Positions 40,245 to 50,640 of a DNA stretch of 61,572 nucleotides are shown one piece after another. The notes under the pieces are model-generated. The model searched no databases. It had not been told where the DNA came from and saw nothing but the letters and a program-made list of their open reading frames with translations. Origin of the DNA: Candidatus Limnocylindrales bacterium (GTDB lineage Bacteria; Moduliflexota; Moduliflexia; Moduliflexales; JAUQPW01). The DNA is taken from positions 1 to 61,572 of the forward strand of contig DATMBG010000033.1 of NCBI GenBank assembly GCA_035559535.1, given 5' to 3'. Position 1 is the stretch's first letter, and the number at the start of each line of letters is the position of its first letter. The position numbers and the translations under genes are program-made.

Positions 40245-40613
40245 GTGGATAACTCCGCTATCTGTGTACCCAATATCGGCCCTAGAGAAAGTCAAAAGCG
40301 ATTTAGAATGGGAACAATCATGTTGATGGTGGCCGTTGGACTGGCCGTCACCTTTATAGCTATGGACGTAAATCGCTGGTGGCGGGTAAGCCTTTTTTTA
40401 CCATTCTGGGCAAGTACCCTGGGCTTTTTTCAAACCCAAGAGAAAACCTGAGTGTTACTGGCTAAGCGTGGGTTGCGCAATCTGGACAAAGGGATCGAAA
40501 AGATCCAGACTAAATCTGAAATAATGCAACTTCACTACCAGGCCCGGAAAGTTTATATTAAATCCATATTTGTAGCAATTTTATTGACACTTTTAGGTTT
40601 GTTGATTCCTTGA
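40245..40613 (+). CDS. putative membrane selenoprotein (Sec at TGA 40449-40451), 122 aa
   Basis: Frame continues 53 codons past TGA (VLLAKRGLRNLD...AILLTLLGLLIP) and ends 16 nt before rmlC; hairpin just after TGA. Confidence 0.7.
40452..40487 (+). promoter_or_regulatory. candidate bacterial SECIS element
   Basis: Apical stem GCGTG-GGT-TGCGC (40466-40478); G-containing loop begins 19 nt after UGA. Confidence 0.5.
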
Positions 40614-40629
40614 TAGCCAGGAGTTAAAA

Positions 40630-41184
40630 GTGAGGTTCATAAAAACAAAGTTTAAGGGTCTCTTGATTATTGAACCCCAAATATTTCGAGATGTAAGGGG
40701 GTTTTTCATGGAGAGTTACAACCGGCGAAAATTCTCTGAAAATGGAATTCCTTCAGAGTTCGTACAGGATAATATAAGTAGATCGGTAAAGGGTACTTTG
40801 CGCGGACTGCATTATCAACTCAACCCTCATAGTCAAGGTAAACTTGTTCGGGTAACCGAAGGCGCTGTATTTGATGTGGCGGTGGACATTCGCTTTGGCT
40901 CCCCTACCTTTGGACAGTGGTTTGGTTATATCTTAAGCGCGGAAAATAGGCACGCTCTCTACATTCCCCCGGGTTTTGCGCATGGTTTTTGTGTATTAAC
41001 AGATGAAGCGGAATTTACCTATAAATGTACCGCATTTTATGTGCCGGAAGCAGAACGCGCGATTATTTGGAACGATCCGCAAATCGCCATCCAATGGCCT
41101 ATCACTCCAGACCCAAATTTAATGTCGGAAAAGGATAAAAATGCCCCTACTTTAAGTAGAGCTGAAATTAATTTTTATTTTTAA
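40630..41184 (+). CDS. rmlC: dTDP-4-dehydrorhamnose 3,5-epimerase
   Basis: DVRGFFMES, LRGLHYQ, QGKLVRV, PPGFAHGF. Confidence 0.96.
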   Translation: MRFIKTKFKGLLIIEPQIFRDVRGFFMESYNRRKFSENGIPSEFVQDNISRSVKGTLRGLHYQLNPHSQGKLVRVTEGAVFDVAVDIRFGSPTFGQWFGYILSAENRHALYIPPGFAHGFCVLTDEAEFTYKCTAFYVPEAERAIIWNDPQIAIQWPITPDPNLMSEKDKNAPTLSRAEINFYF

Positions 41185-41331
41185 CCATCCTGATCCCAGA
41201 GACATGAAGATATTCAGATTCCCTAAGAGAAGGGTAATTTTTTCACCGTTCTTTTTAGAGAACTCTCCGCATATAAGAAAAGTTTAGTGGAACTGTATGT
41301 CTTGGTGTCTTCATGGCTAAAAGATTTTCGT

Positions 41332-42678
41332 ATGGCTGCAAAAACCATGGTTGAAAAAATCTTCGAGCGGCATATTCAAGATGAGCCGTTTCCAGGCTTA
41401 TATGCGCTGAAACTGGATTACGTGCTTTGTCACGAAATTACCACGCCTCCGGCCATCAACGATTTACGAGATCGGGGTCTCGATAAAGTCTTCAATCCAG
41501 AAAAAATTAAAGCTACCGTAGACCACGTGGCACCTCCTAAAGATGCAGATACCGCATTACAATATCGAATTCTGAAGGAATGGTGCCGACGGCACGGAAT
41601 CGTATTTTATGACTTAGGACGACATGGGATCTGCCATGCCTTATTTCCAGAAAAGGGCTATGTCCGTCCCGGTGAAGTACTTATTTGTGGAGATTCCCAT
41701 ACCTGTACCATGGGCGCATTTGGGAACTTTGCCGTGGGAGTGGGAACCACCTACCTGGAAACGGGATTACTTACCGGGATCACGTTCTTTCGTATACCCG
41801 AAACGGTTAAGTTTGAATTAACCGGTAAACTTCAGAAGGGTGTTTATCCTAAAGATGTTATCCTGTATTTAATTTCCCGATATGGCGTTTCGTATATGAC
41901 GAATTGTGTGGCAGAGTTTACCGGAGAAGGAGCTAAAACCATCGACATGGAGGGACGAATGACCATTTGCAACATGATGGCCGAGTTCGGGGGAACAACA
42001 GGGATGTTCTACCCGGATGAGCAGACCCTCCAGTATCTCAAGTACCGGGATTTAGGAATGGATAAAAATAACCCGGATGCCATAGATTACCGTAAGACCC
42101 TGGAATCTCGAAGTGATGCCGCGATCCTGGCTGAGTGGCGTCAGCTTTGGTCGGATCCCGACGCAAAATATAAGGCCGTCCATCAACTGGATCTATCCGC
42201 TCTGGAACCTATGGTAACCGCCCTGGCAGATCACCCCAAAGATGATAAACCTTCCCTGGGAAAGCCGATTTCTCAACTGGTCGGCGGAAAGATCCATCAG
42301 GTCTTTATAGGTTCCTGCACCAACGGTCGTATCAGCGATATGCGGGTAGTTGCCGAGATTCTGAAGGGGAGAAAGATTCATCCCGATGTAACCCTGGTTA
42401 TTGTACCTGCAACCACCGAAGTTTATCGACTCTGCCTGGAGGAAGGGCTCATAGAAATTTTCATGGAAGCCGGGGCCCTGGTGGATACACCCAGTTGCTC
42501 CATGTGCTTAGGAATGAAATCGGTTGTTCCTGAAGGTCATATTTGTGCTTCCAGCTCCAACAGAAACTTCCCAGGACGTATGGGAAAAGGAGCTCGAGCT
42601 CAACTCATGAGCCCGGCCACGGCGGCTGCCAGTGCCATCAAAGGAGCTATTACAGACCCAAGGGAATTCTTAAATTAA
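41332..42678 (+). CDS. leuC: 3-isopropylmalate dehydratase large subunit (LeuC/HacA type)
   Basis: CHEIT, DHVAP, GICH, DSHTCT, IGSCTNGR, CSMCLG, SNRNFPGRMG. Confidence 0.88.
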   Translation: MAAKTMVEKIFERHIQDEPFPGLYALKLDYVLCHEITTPPAINDLRDRGLDKVFNPEKIKATVDHVAPPKDADTALQYRILKEWCRRHGIVFYDLGRHGICHALFPEKGYVRPGEVLICGDSHTCTMGAFGNFAVGVGTTYLETGLLTGITFFRIPETVKFELTGKLQKGVYPKDVILYLISRYGVSYMTNCVAEFTGEGAKTIDMEGRMTICNMMAEFGGTTGMFYPDEQTLQYLKYRDLGMDKNNPDAIDYRKTLESRSDAAILAEWRQLWSDPDAKYKAVHQLDLSALEPMVTALADHPKDDKPSLGKPISQLVGGKIHQVFIGSCTNGRISDMRVVAEILKGRKIHPDVTLVIVPATTEVYRLCLEEGLIEIFMEAGALVDTPSCSMCLGMKSVVPEGHICASSSNRNFPGRMGKGARAQLMSPATAAASAIKGAITDPREFLN

Positions 42679-42683
42679 TCACC

Positions 42684-42808
42684 TGAGGCAGAAGACCGGA
42701 AGCTAGAAGCTAGAGCCCCCGAAATCAGAGGCAAGAAAGTTGAAAACCTCAAGCCTTTGGCCTTCGGTCTCTAACCTCTGGCTTTCGTTCCTCTGCCTTC
42801 AACCTCAG
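42684..42808. repeat. degenerate heptamer repeats in inverted arrangement
   Basis: AGAAGC-like units followed by CCTCTG/CCTTCG-like units between leuC and leuD. Confidence 0.55.
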
Positions 42809-42813
42809 AGTAT

Positions 42814-43380
42814 ATGCCCGCTTCATCTGCCGTTACTATGACCGTTCCCATGGTTACAACCATCCGGGGACCTATTTTTAAAATTCCTAAAAATGATGTG
42901 GATACCGACCAGATCATACCGGCTCGTTACCTGACCAAATCCGACAAATCTGGTTTTGGACCTTTTGTCATGGAGAGTCTTGAGTTTGAGGGATTCGACC
43001 GTAATAGCCCGGCCTTCAAACAGGCTAAAATTTTGATTGTCGGAGAGAATTTCGGCTGTGGTTCTTCTCGAGAACACGCTGTCTGGGCTATTCAAGCCCA
43101 TGGCATTCAGGCCATTATTGGAACTACGTTCGCCCGAATCTTCTATCAAAATAGTATTGCCTGTGGACTCCCTGTTATTCGGATCTCCCCGGAAGAGATC
43201 CAAAAACTCTTTTCCCTTGAAAACGGTACCGACATACAAATCGATCTGGAGAAAAAGATCATCCAGGTTGGGGAGGATCAAATCCCCTTTGCCTTAGACG
43301 AATATGATCAGGCCCTACTTCGGGATGGAGGGTTGGTAGGATTCGCCTATAAACGGTATGTAAAAGGTGTTAACAACTGA
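42814..43380 (+). CDS. leuD: 3-isopropylmalate dehydratase small subunit
   Basis: DVDTDQIIPARYL, NFGCGSSREHA, FARIFYQN. Confidence 0.9.
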   Translation: MPASSAVTMTVPMVTTIRGPIFKIPKNDVDTDQIIPARYLTKSDKSGFGPFVMESLEFEGFDRNSPAFKQAKILIVGENFGCGSSREHAVWAIQAHGIQAIIGTTFARIFYQNSIACGLPVIRISPEEIQKLFSLENGTDIQIDLEKKIIQVGEDQIPFALDEYDQALLRDGGLVGFAYKRYVKGVNN

Positions 43381-43602
43381 TTTAAAGTATTAAAGCCTGT
43401 TCTTTGAATACCCTTTATGCAACGGGTGGGGCTATCGCCGTTGGAAATTTTGTATTCTCTACCCCTTCGCTCGAACCTGTTGCATGAAGGGATGGATAAC
43501 CCCTCAGAGAGATTTGTAAATTTCAAGTTTTTTCAAGTTAAGGAAATAATCCGAAGCCCTGTTAGCCGTAAGAGAGAATCCCTCCGGAATACCGGCTGTA
43601 AT

Positions 43603-43935
43603 CTAATATTTAAGAAGCAACTCCTGAATTCGTTCGGGGGTTGCGGCTACAGTATGCTCGTAACTCACGCTCAATGACACTGTGGTAAAGGTATAGGTAC
43701 TGATCCCCCGATGACCGTTAATATAAGAATACCAGTTCAAGTTGAGGGTATCCCCCTGGATATTTCCTTCGTATTCAATCTTGCCGGATGAGTTCTCAAC
43801 AACAAATTGGATCGGTATACCTTGAAGGGTATACAGCCCTTTTAAGGAATAGGCATGGGATTTGTTCAACCATTTGCCGACCTGATCCTTTCTTTCCCTT
43901 TGAAATAACCGATAGTACAGTACCGTCTTCCGCAT
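43603..43935 (-). pseudogene. fragment of beta-rich hypothetical protein
   Basis: EDGTVLSVISKG (one frame) joins DQVGKWLNK...YEGNIQGDTLNLNWYSYINGHRG (another frame) near 43890; no intact start. Confidence 0.45.
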
Positions 43936-44091
43936 TCTTTATACTATACCCTCCTCTCCGTTCAGTATCAAAAATACTTAAGATATTTGGCCGCTGGAGC
44001 CGTTTCGAGCCTTACCAGCCTTCCACTACCCCAGCCTTCCCGATCCTTAGAATCCCTGGCCGCATTTAACTGCCCCTGGTTTACCCTGGAA

Positions 44092-44826
44092 TTATCTCTC
44101 ATAGGTCCTGCGCCATTGGTCAACCGTGGAGGTTTGATCGGGACAATAAGCCTCTGTTCCCGTTATGAGAATTACAACCTCAAGCCGGGATTGATCCTTC
44201 GAAGTTTTTCCCCAGGATTGGATCGGAGGAAATGCAATCTCAGCGGTCAACTTAGGGATATCTCCACCTCTCATCAAACGACAAAAATAACCTGCCCGAT
44301 CCACCACATAGGGCTTCGTGTAGGATAGATGTTGTTGCAAATCAATATTTGATCGGGCCGCAAGATCTGTAAACCTTCCGTACATCAGATCATCCCTATT
44401 AGGACCTGCTTCAGAATAGTTACTTCCAGGCGCAGGAGTTGTATTGTTCTGTGCTGTGTTAAAGAGTGCGTCGTAGGCTTTTTGAATTTGATGGTCGCAA
44501 TAGGTTGAGATGGCATTGCGGAAGAACATATCGGCGACCTGACGTTTTGTGGATTCGTCCACATTCTGGATCGCTGCCGATGCCTGCTGGCGGTTGTTCT
44601 CGATAACCTTCGGAGCGCCTAATTGTTGGATGTCCTGGCAGATCTTCTTGGCTGCAGCAACTATTGCTTCAGGACTTTGTCTCATTCCTACTCCCATCCG
44701 TTGAGCATTTGTCACAACGATGGTATAGAAATCGTAATCTTTCTGGGACAAAGACTGTGCGCTGGCCTGCTGTAAGATTAAGTTCCAGAGTATTACAACA
44801 AAAATAAACCTGACTACTAACTCCAT
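44092..44826 (-). CDS. secreted protein with two DUF732-like Cys-pair domains
   Basis: SD GGAGG, signal peptide; AKKICQDI...AISTYCD and AGYFCRLM...TEAYCPD. Confidence 0.65.
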   Translation of the reverse strand: MELVVRFIFVVILWNLILQQASAQSLSQKDYDFYTIVVTNAQRMGVGMRQSPEAIVAAAKKICQDIQQLGAPKVIENNRQQASAAIQNVDESTKRQVADMFFRNAISTYCDHQIQKAYDALFNTAQNNTTPAPGSNYSEAGPNRDDLMYGRFTDLAARSNIDLQQHLSYTKPYVVDRAGYFCRLMRGGDIPKLTAEIAFPPIQSWGKTSKDQSRLEVVILITGTEAYCPDQTSTVDQWRRTYER

Positions 44827-44875
44827 GGGATTGCCTCCATTCATCAGGATGGTTATGCAGATCATCTCCCTTAAA

Positions 44876-44928
44876 GTACGGGCGGGGGGCTTCCCGCCCG
44901 GTACGGGCGATCGGCCGATCGCCCCTAT
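44876..44928. repeat. tandem REP-like palindromes
   Basis: GTACGGGCG...CGCCC twice, second with perfect GGGCGATCG/CGATCGCCC stem. Confidence 0.6.
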
Positions 44929-45470
44929 ATAGCGTAACCCTTGAATTATTCCATCGGGAAATCTGACATGAGGGATCTACACAACACTCCTCAGAAGGTT
45001 AATATGAAGAAGATGAGATCGTGTGTTGTATTTATAAACCCGATAAGAAGGAATCAGTTAACCAGGAGGGAAAATTTTTTCAAAAATTCTCTAAAAACCT
45101 GGAAGTTGAAATCTGATATACCCTTCTACCAGGGTAAAGATCGGTCAGGTTCGCACAAAATCCTGCGGAGATAAACAAAAAACCTGCCCTGTAAAGTTCG
45201 ATTCCTGATCCAAGATCTTTGAATTTCCGGGTAAATGATGGGACAGGATCAGTTAAGGTAGATGACTCCTTCCGAGGATTCGTTAAAATTTTCTTGCCAA
45301 GCTCCTGAATGGGGGTATCAGTATTTTCTGTTTCGACCACCTGGGATTGGGTGTCAAAGGGTTATTTTATATTAAATCTAAGTAGAAATGCCGCCCAGAA
45401 TGGCCCTTAAATAGGGTAGCCACAAAGGACTACCCTATAGTTTAGGTGATGTTTCAACATGGAAACAGTA

Positions 45471-47180
45471 TTACACATCTGGAGTATAGAGGTTACTTCG
45501 AAGTACCTTACCCGGCAAAGAAGAACCCGTTGGGTGTGCATTTAAAGAAGGCGTAAGCTTTCCATTTTCTAAGAGGGGAACTCCATTTACAAAAGAATAA
45601 TAAATACCACGGGATTTTGAAATCAGGCGTTCACCTCCCCCCGGCAAATCACGGACCAGTTCGGTGGGTTCTGTGTGAATAGCATCTGGATCAAAGATAA
45701 CCAGATCGGCTGCTTTACCCACTTCAATGCGACCCCGGTCTTTAATTCCATAGATTTGGGCAGGTACTGAAGTAAGTTTACGAATTCCCTCTTCCAGAGG
45801 CATAATTCTTTTTTCACGGATCCAATGGCCCAGGAAGTAACTACAGTAACCGGCATCGCAGAACAAAGTCAGGTGAGCTCCTGCATCGGAGGCCGCAATC
45901 AAGGTGTAAGGATGAATCAGGAGTTCGGCTACGTCGTCTTCTTTATTATTCATCAGCCTTACAAAGAATTCCATTTTTAGATCTTCCTCTAAAGACAGAT
46001 CAAAAAGGACATCTGAAGGATGCTTCCCCAATTCTTGACCTATTTCTACAAGGTTTCTTCCCAGCAGGGATTGATGTTTGGTCTGGGTCACTTTTTGAAC
46101 CTGTATGGTTTCCCAATCTCCGGCAAAAAGGCGGGATGGGAAGGTTGTGGTATCCTGTCGAAAAGCTGCACGGAAGTCAGGATCTCGGAGAACCTCCGGT
46201 CTTTTTTCAGGTGAGGCTTTAAATACTTGCTGCCAGCAAGGGAGCCCCTCAAAGACATAAGGATCTTCCATGCTGAAGCTCATGACAAGGGGGCGACAAC
46301 TTACTTGAGGATAAACTTCCAGACCCTGGTTGAAAAAAGCTTCTGTTTCCTTAAGCATTTGCCGATGATAATCCGGCTGGGCATTTTGCTGTAAAAGAAC
46401 CGCCCAGGTAACCGGTCGACCGGACTCCCTGGCCAGGCGTGCCCAGGGTTCCAAAGGAGAATAAAGGGCCGGAGTAACTTCAATAATCCCCCGTTTATAA
46501 GAGCCGATGACCCGGCCAAGTTCTAAGAACTCCTGTTCAGAAGCCAATCGACTCGAAACAGGTTTTCCATCCCCACCAATATGGGTTGTGGCGGTGGAAG
46601 ATCCTATTCCAAAAGCCCCGGCTTCCATGGCTTCTCGAACAATCTGTTTCATGGCCTCCAGCTCAGTCGGGGTTGCTTCTCGCTCAGAAGCCTCAGGACC
46701 CATGGCATATTGGCGGATGGTGGAATGACCCATCAAAGCCACCACGTTGAGTCCTACTCCTTGCTTTTCCAGGGCATTCAAATATTCCGGGATGGTTTCA
46801 AAGTTCCACCGAATCCCTTTTTGCATGGCTTCCAGGGACATTCCTTCCACCTTTTCCAGGGTTCGCATAATTAATTCCCGATCCTGGGGACGACAGGGTG
46901 CTATAGTAAAACCACAATTTCCAATGATAACCGTAGTAATTCCATGCCAGCAGGATGGAGTAGCCAGAGGATCCCAGGTAAATTGAGCATCATAATGGGT
47001 GTGGGGATCTATAAAACCCGGACTGACTGCTAACCCCTCTGCATTTATAACCCGCCCAGCCGAACCGCTCACAGATCCTATCTCAGCTATCTTTCCATTT
47101 TGAATGGCTATATCCCCTTTAAAACCCGGCTTTCCAGAGCCATCATAAATGTAACCATTTTTAATAATAACATCAAACAT
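45471..47180 (-). CDS. N-acyl-D-amino-acid deacylase family amidohydrolase
   Basis: PGFIDPHTHYDAQ, GNCGF, SDAGAH, GKAADLVIFD; start MFDVIIKNG. Confidence 0.92.
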   Translation of the reverse strand: MFDVIIKNGYIYDGSGKPGFKGDIAIQNGKIAEIGSVSGSAGRVINAEGLAVSPGFIDPHTHYDAQFTWDPLATPSCWHGITTVIIGNCGFTIAPCRPQDRELIMRTLEKVEGMSLEAMQKGIRWNFETIPEYLNALEKQGVGLNVVALMGHSTIRQYAMGPEASEREATPTELEAMKQIVREAMEAGAFGIGSSTATTHIGGDGKPVSSRLASEQEFLELGRVIGSYKRGIIEVTPALYSPLEPWARLARESGRPVTWAVLLQQNAQPDYHRQMLKETEAFFNQGLEVYPQVSCRPLVMSFSMEDPYVFEGLPCWQQVFKASPEKRPEVLRDPDFRAAFRQDTTTFPSRLFAGDWETIQVQKVTQTKHQSLLGRNLVEIGQELGKHPSDVLFDLSLEEDLKMEFFVRLMNNKEDDVAELLIHPYTLIAASDAGAHLTLFCDAGYCSYFLGHWIREKRIMPLEEGIRKLTSVPAQIYGIKDRGRIEVGKAADLVIFDPDAIHTEPTELVRDLPGGGERLISKSRGIYYSFVNGVPLLENGKLTPSLNAHPTGSSLPGKVLRSNLYTPDV

Positions 47181-47372
47181 ACAGGCAGTCTGTGGACCAC
47201 TATCGGTCGTTAAAGAGTCATTACAGATAAGTACCAACAACCGACAATGGAGAACAGACGATAACCGATTATTTTTATCTCTTTAAAGGAATTTCACCAT
47301 TGCCAGGGAAACCCAGAAAAGTATCTTGGTAATCTACAACCCTCCTCCAATTTCAAAAACTTCCAGATTCAT

Positions 47373-48191
47373 CTATCGGAGAAAAAGGATGAGAATAAAA
47401 ATCCCTAAGCCAATCCGGTAAAATACAAACAGATCAAAAGTATGGGATCGAACTAACCGGAGGAGAATCTTAATGGCCAGGATTCCACTGAGCATAGAAG
47501 CCAAAAATCCAATGACCAGATAAGAAATTCCTCCCGCAGGAATTCCTTTGTGAAGGAGCTGTAACAGTTTAAGACCGCCGGCGCCTGCTGTAATCGGAGC
47601 ACTCAAGAGAAAGGAAAATCGGATAGCCAATTCTCGATCTAACTTAGAAAATAATCCGGCCGTTATCGTCATACCCGAACGAGAAACCCCTGGAATTAAA
47701 GCTACCGCCTGGGCACAACCGATAATAAGAACTTCTTTCCAACCAAGCATTTCTATCTGCTTGATGGGTTGTTTGATCTGCTCGGAATATCGATCTGCCA
47801 GCCAAAGTAGAATAGCAAAAATAATAAGCATACTGGCTACGAGGATTCCAGAGCGAACGTGGGTCTCGATAAACTCATCTAAAAGTTTTCCGGCCACTGC
47901 TGCAGGAATAGAACCGATCAGAATCTTCACCCCTACCTCCTGATTTAAATTTTCCCACCTACCTTTAAGCATCATCATTACGGAATTTTTAACTATCTCA
48001 AATAACTCGTATCTGAAAAAGAGCAGAACGGCCATTAAAGTCCCTAAATGCAAGATAGCGTCAAAGGCCAATCCCTGATCAGGCCAATGAAGGAGGTGGG
48101 GTATAAGTATAAGATGGCCTGAGCTGGAGACAGGTAAAAACTCTGTAAGACCTTGAACAACTCCGAGAACGAAAGCTTGTAAAGTCGTCAT
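47373..48191 (-). CDS. uppP: undecaprenyl-diphosphatase
   Basis: QGLTEFLPVSSSGHL, PGVSRSGMTI, FSFLLS. Confidence 0.96.
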   Translation of the reverse strand: MTTLQAFVLGVVQGLTEFLPVSSSGHLILIPHLLHWPDQGLAFDAILHLGTLMAVLLFFRYELFEIVKNSVMMMLKGRWENLNQEVGVKILIGSIPAAVAGKLLDEFIETHVRSGILVASMLIIFAILLWLADRYSEQIKQPIKQIEMLGWKEVLIIGCAQAVALIPGVSRSGMTITAGLFSKLDRELAIRFSFLLSAPITAGAGGLKLLQLLHKGIPAGGISYLVIGFLASMLSGILAIKILLRLVRSHTFDLFVFYRIGLGIFILILFLR

Positions 48192-48420
48192 AATACAACC
48201 TCTGTTTCTCAGAAAGACGTTTAAACCCGAATCCATCATTTGAAAGATTTACTTGTAAGTTCTTTTACAGTAAGATACTTTGTAGGGAAAGTCAATTAAA
48301 AGTCGATTAAAATCTGGAAATTTACCCTTGCTTTTAACAGAAGATCTGATGCAAAATCAAATGGATGGGGAATTCTTTTAACCGAAGGTAACTTTCACCC
48401 AAGTTCAGGAGGTAAAAGAT

Positions 48421-48699
48421 ATGGCCCAAAAAATATCTGTCATCACCGAGACCGAAGAAAAAATTGAGACGAGTCTACCGGCTAAAGTGATTTTATTTAA
48501 CGACGATTATCACACCTTTGAAGAAGTTATTGCTCAAATTATAAAGGCTATTCGTTGTTCTCGGGAAGAAGCAGAATTAATTACCTGGGAAGCTCATACC
48601 AAAGGAAGAGCCATTGTAATCACCGGCGAATTAGAGGAGTGCTTACGGGTTAGTCGAGTTCTGGAAGAAATCGAATTACGCACCCAGGTGGAGATCTAG
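48421..48699 (+). CDS. clpS: Clp protease adaptor ClpS
   Basis: [24 protein letters not shown]. Confidence 0.9.
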   Translation: MAQKISVITETEEKIETSLPAKVILFNDDYHTFEEVIAQIIKAIRCSREEAELITWEAHTKGRAIVITGELEECLRVSRVLEEIELRTQVEI

Positions 48700-48792
48700 G
48701 GAAAAAAGGATGGTCCAAATTTTGCTGAGAAAAATCTTGACCTGAAAGAGAGTTCCTGATAGGTAGAAAAAATTGGGCTAGAAGGATTAAAA

Positions 48793-50511
48793 ATGTCTAA
48801 AATGAGCTTGGTGGGCAGTAAAATTTTAGTCTTAGATGAGGATCCAAACACATGGCGTATCCTGAAAAAAATCCTGATCCCTAAGGGCTGTACCATCCTT
48901 CCGTCAAATTCTTATGAGGAAGGCAAAAAATATTTAACTCAATTCTCTATGGATCTGATTCTGATAGAGATTTCCCTGGGTGAAGGAAAGGGTCTTTTGT
49001 TTGCCGAAGAACTGAGGAAAAATCATCCTTATTTACCCATCATTATTCTTACTTCAGAGATATCTCTACAAGCGATTAAAAAAGCAATAAAGTTAGGCGT
49101 TTCGGATTATATTCTTAAACCTCCTGATCCTATGGAGTTGCTCGACTCGATCCGTGAAGCAATCAGCCGATATAAACAAACCCTGTTGGATCAAGCTATC
49201 CTCAAGAACTCCAGGCAATATTTCGAAGAGCTCATAACCCTGATGGAAGTAAGTAAAATCACCAATTCCTTTGAACACATTGATTTACTCCTCCAACGGG
49301 TTGTCGAAATAGTTTCTCAAATTTTGGATGTAGAAACAGTCTCTTTAATGGGGATCCAGGAAGATACCCAAGAATTGGCTGTATTGGCCTATATAGGACC
49401 TGAGAAACAAATTGTGGAAAACGCGCGAGTTCCCATAGGGACAGGGATTTCGGGATGGGTTGCTCAACAAGGCAAACCCTTGCTTATTAATAATATTGAG
49501 AAGAGTGAAAAATTCAAGAAGTTCAGAAAAAAAACTCTCGATCAATATAAAAATGACTCTCTTTTATGTGTCCCCTTGAAGATCAAAGACCGTGTGATTG
49601 GGGTTCTCAACGTGAATAATAAAAAATCAGGCAAGGCCTTTGATCTACATGACCTGGATCTTCTAAGGGGCATCTCCAATCCCATCGCCCTGGCCATTGA
49701 AAACGCCTGGCTCTATGAGAAGCTCCAAATCAAGGCCCGAGAACTTGAACGGCTCAATAAAGAACTCCAGCAACTGGATCAAATGAAGTCCAATTTTATC
49801 AGCAATATTTCCCATGAAATCCGAACCCCGTTGACTTCGATCAACGGATATGCTGAACTTCTTCTGGAGATGGGAAATAAACTTTCTCCTGAAAAAGGAA
49901 AAGAATTTCTTCAGGCCATTTTAGAATCTGGAAAGCAAATTTCGATTCTTCTGGATCAAATTGCAGAATTTAGTTTAGTCGAATCCGATAAGGTGAAATG
50001 GAATATCAGACCCGTCCTTTTGCATCCTCTTATCACCAGAATTATCGATAGGTTCCAAACCCATCTCGAGAAAAAACAAATAACCCTCACTTATCAACCT
50101 TCAGATAGAAGCCTTCAGGTATATGCTGATGAAGAGAAAATAGATCGGGTTTTATGTCACTTTATGGACAATGCTATTAAATTTAACAAAGAAAAGGGAA
50201 AGATCGACATCAAAATGGAAGAAGTTCAGCGGAAGGAGTGTCATCCTTTTGTTAAGGTTTCCATTACCGATACGGGTATAGGAATTTCTAAGGAGAATAC
50301 CTCCTATCTGTTTACAAAATTCAATCAACTCGGTAATATTTTAACAGAAAAACCACCTGGGGTGGGTTTAGGATTAGCCTTCTGTAAGGAAATTATCAGT
50401 CGTCATCGAGGAGAGATTGGGGTTGAAAGTGAACCTAAAAAGGGGAGTACCTTCTACTTTACCCTACCCCTGGTAACTGAAGGGAAAGAGTCGTATATTG
50501 TTCGTAGTTAA
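48793..50511 (+). CDS. hybrid receiver-GAF-histidine kinase
   Basis: N-terminal REC, GAF (GISGWVAQ, LLCVPL), SHEIRTPL, DNAIKF, DTGIG, GLGL. Confidence 0.93.
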   Translation: MSKMSLVGSKILVLDEDPNTWRILKKILIPKGCTILPSNSYEEGKKYLTQFSMDLILIEISLGEGKGLLFAEELRKNHPYLPIIILTSEISLQAIKKAIKLGVSDYILKPPDPMELLDSIREAISRYKQTLLDQAILKNSRQYFEELITLMEVSKITNSFEHIDLLLQRVVEIVSQILDVETVSLMGIQEDTQELAVLAYIGPEKQIVENARVPIGTGISGWVAQQGKPLLINNIEKSEKFKKFRKKTLDQYKNDSLLCVPLKIKDRVIGVLNVNNKKSGKAFDLHDLDLLRGISNPIALAIENAWLYEKLQIKARELERLNKELQQLDQMKSNFISNISHEIRTPLTSINGYAELLLEMGNKLSPEKGKEFLQAILESGKQISILLDQIAEFSLVESDKVKWNIRPVLLHPLITRIIDRFQTHLEKKQITLTYQPSDRSLQVYADEEKIDRVLCHFMDNAIKFNKEKGKIDIKMEEVQRKECHPFVKVSITDTGIGISKENTSYLFTKFNQLGNILTEKPPGVGLGLAFCKEIISRHRGEIGVESEPKKGSTFYFTLPLVTEGKESYIVRS

Positions 50512-50640
50512 TTGTTCATTGTTGGGGGTCAGTGGATCCGATAACTTTGACTACCTGCCAGGGTCGTCTTAAGTTATCGGTTTAAACAAAAAACAACGAA
50601 CAATAAACAACGAACAATCAGTAAGTCGAGGTGAAATTCT

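Noticed and set aside
44941-45340. Short ORFs 44941-45174(+) and 45080-45340(-)
   Set aside because: No recognisable motifs or RBS; probably non-coding or decayed
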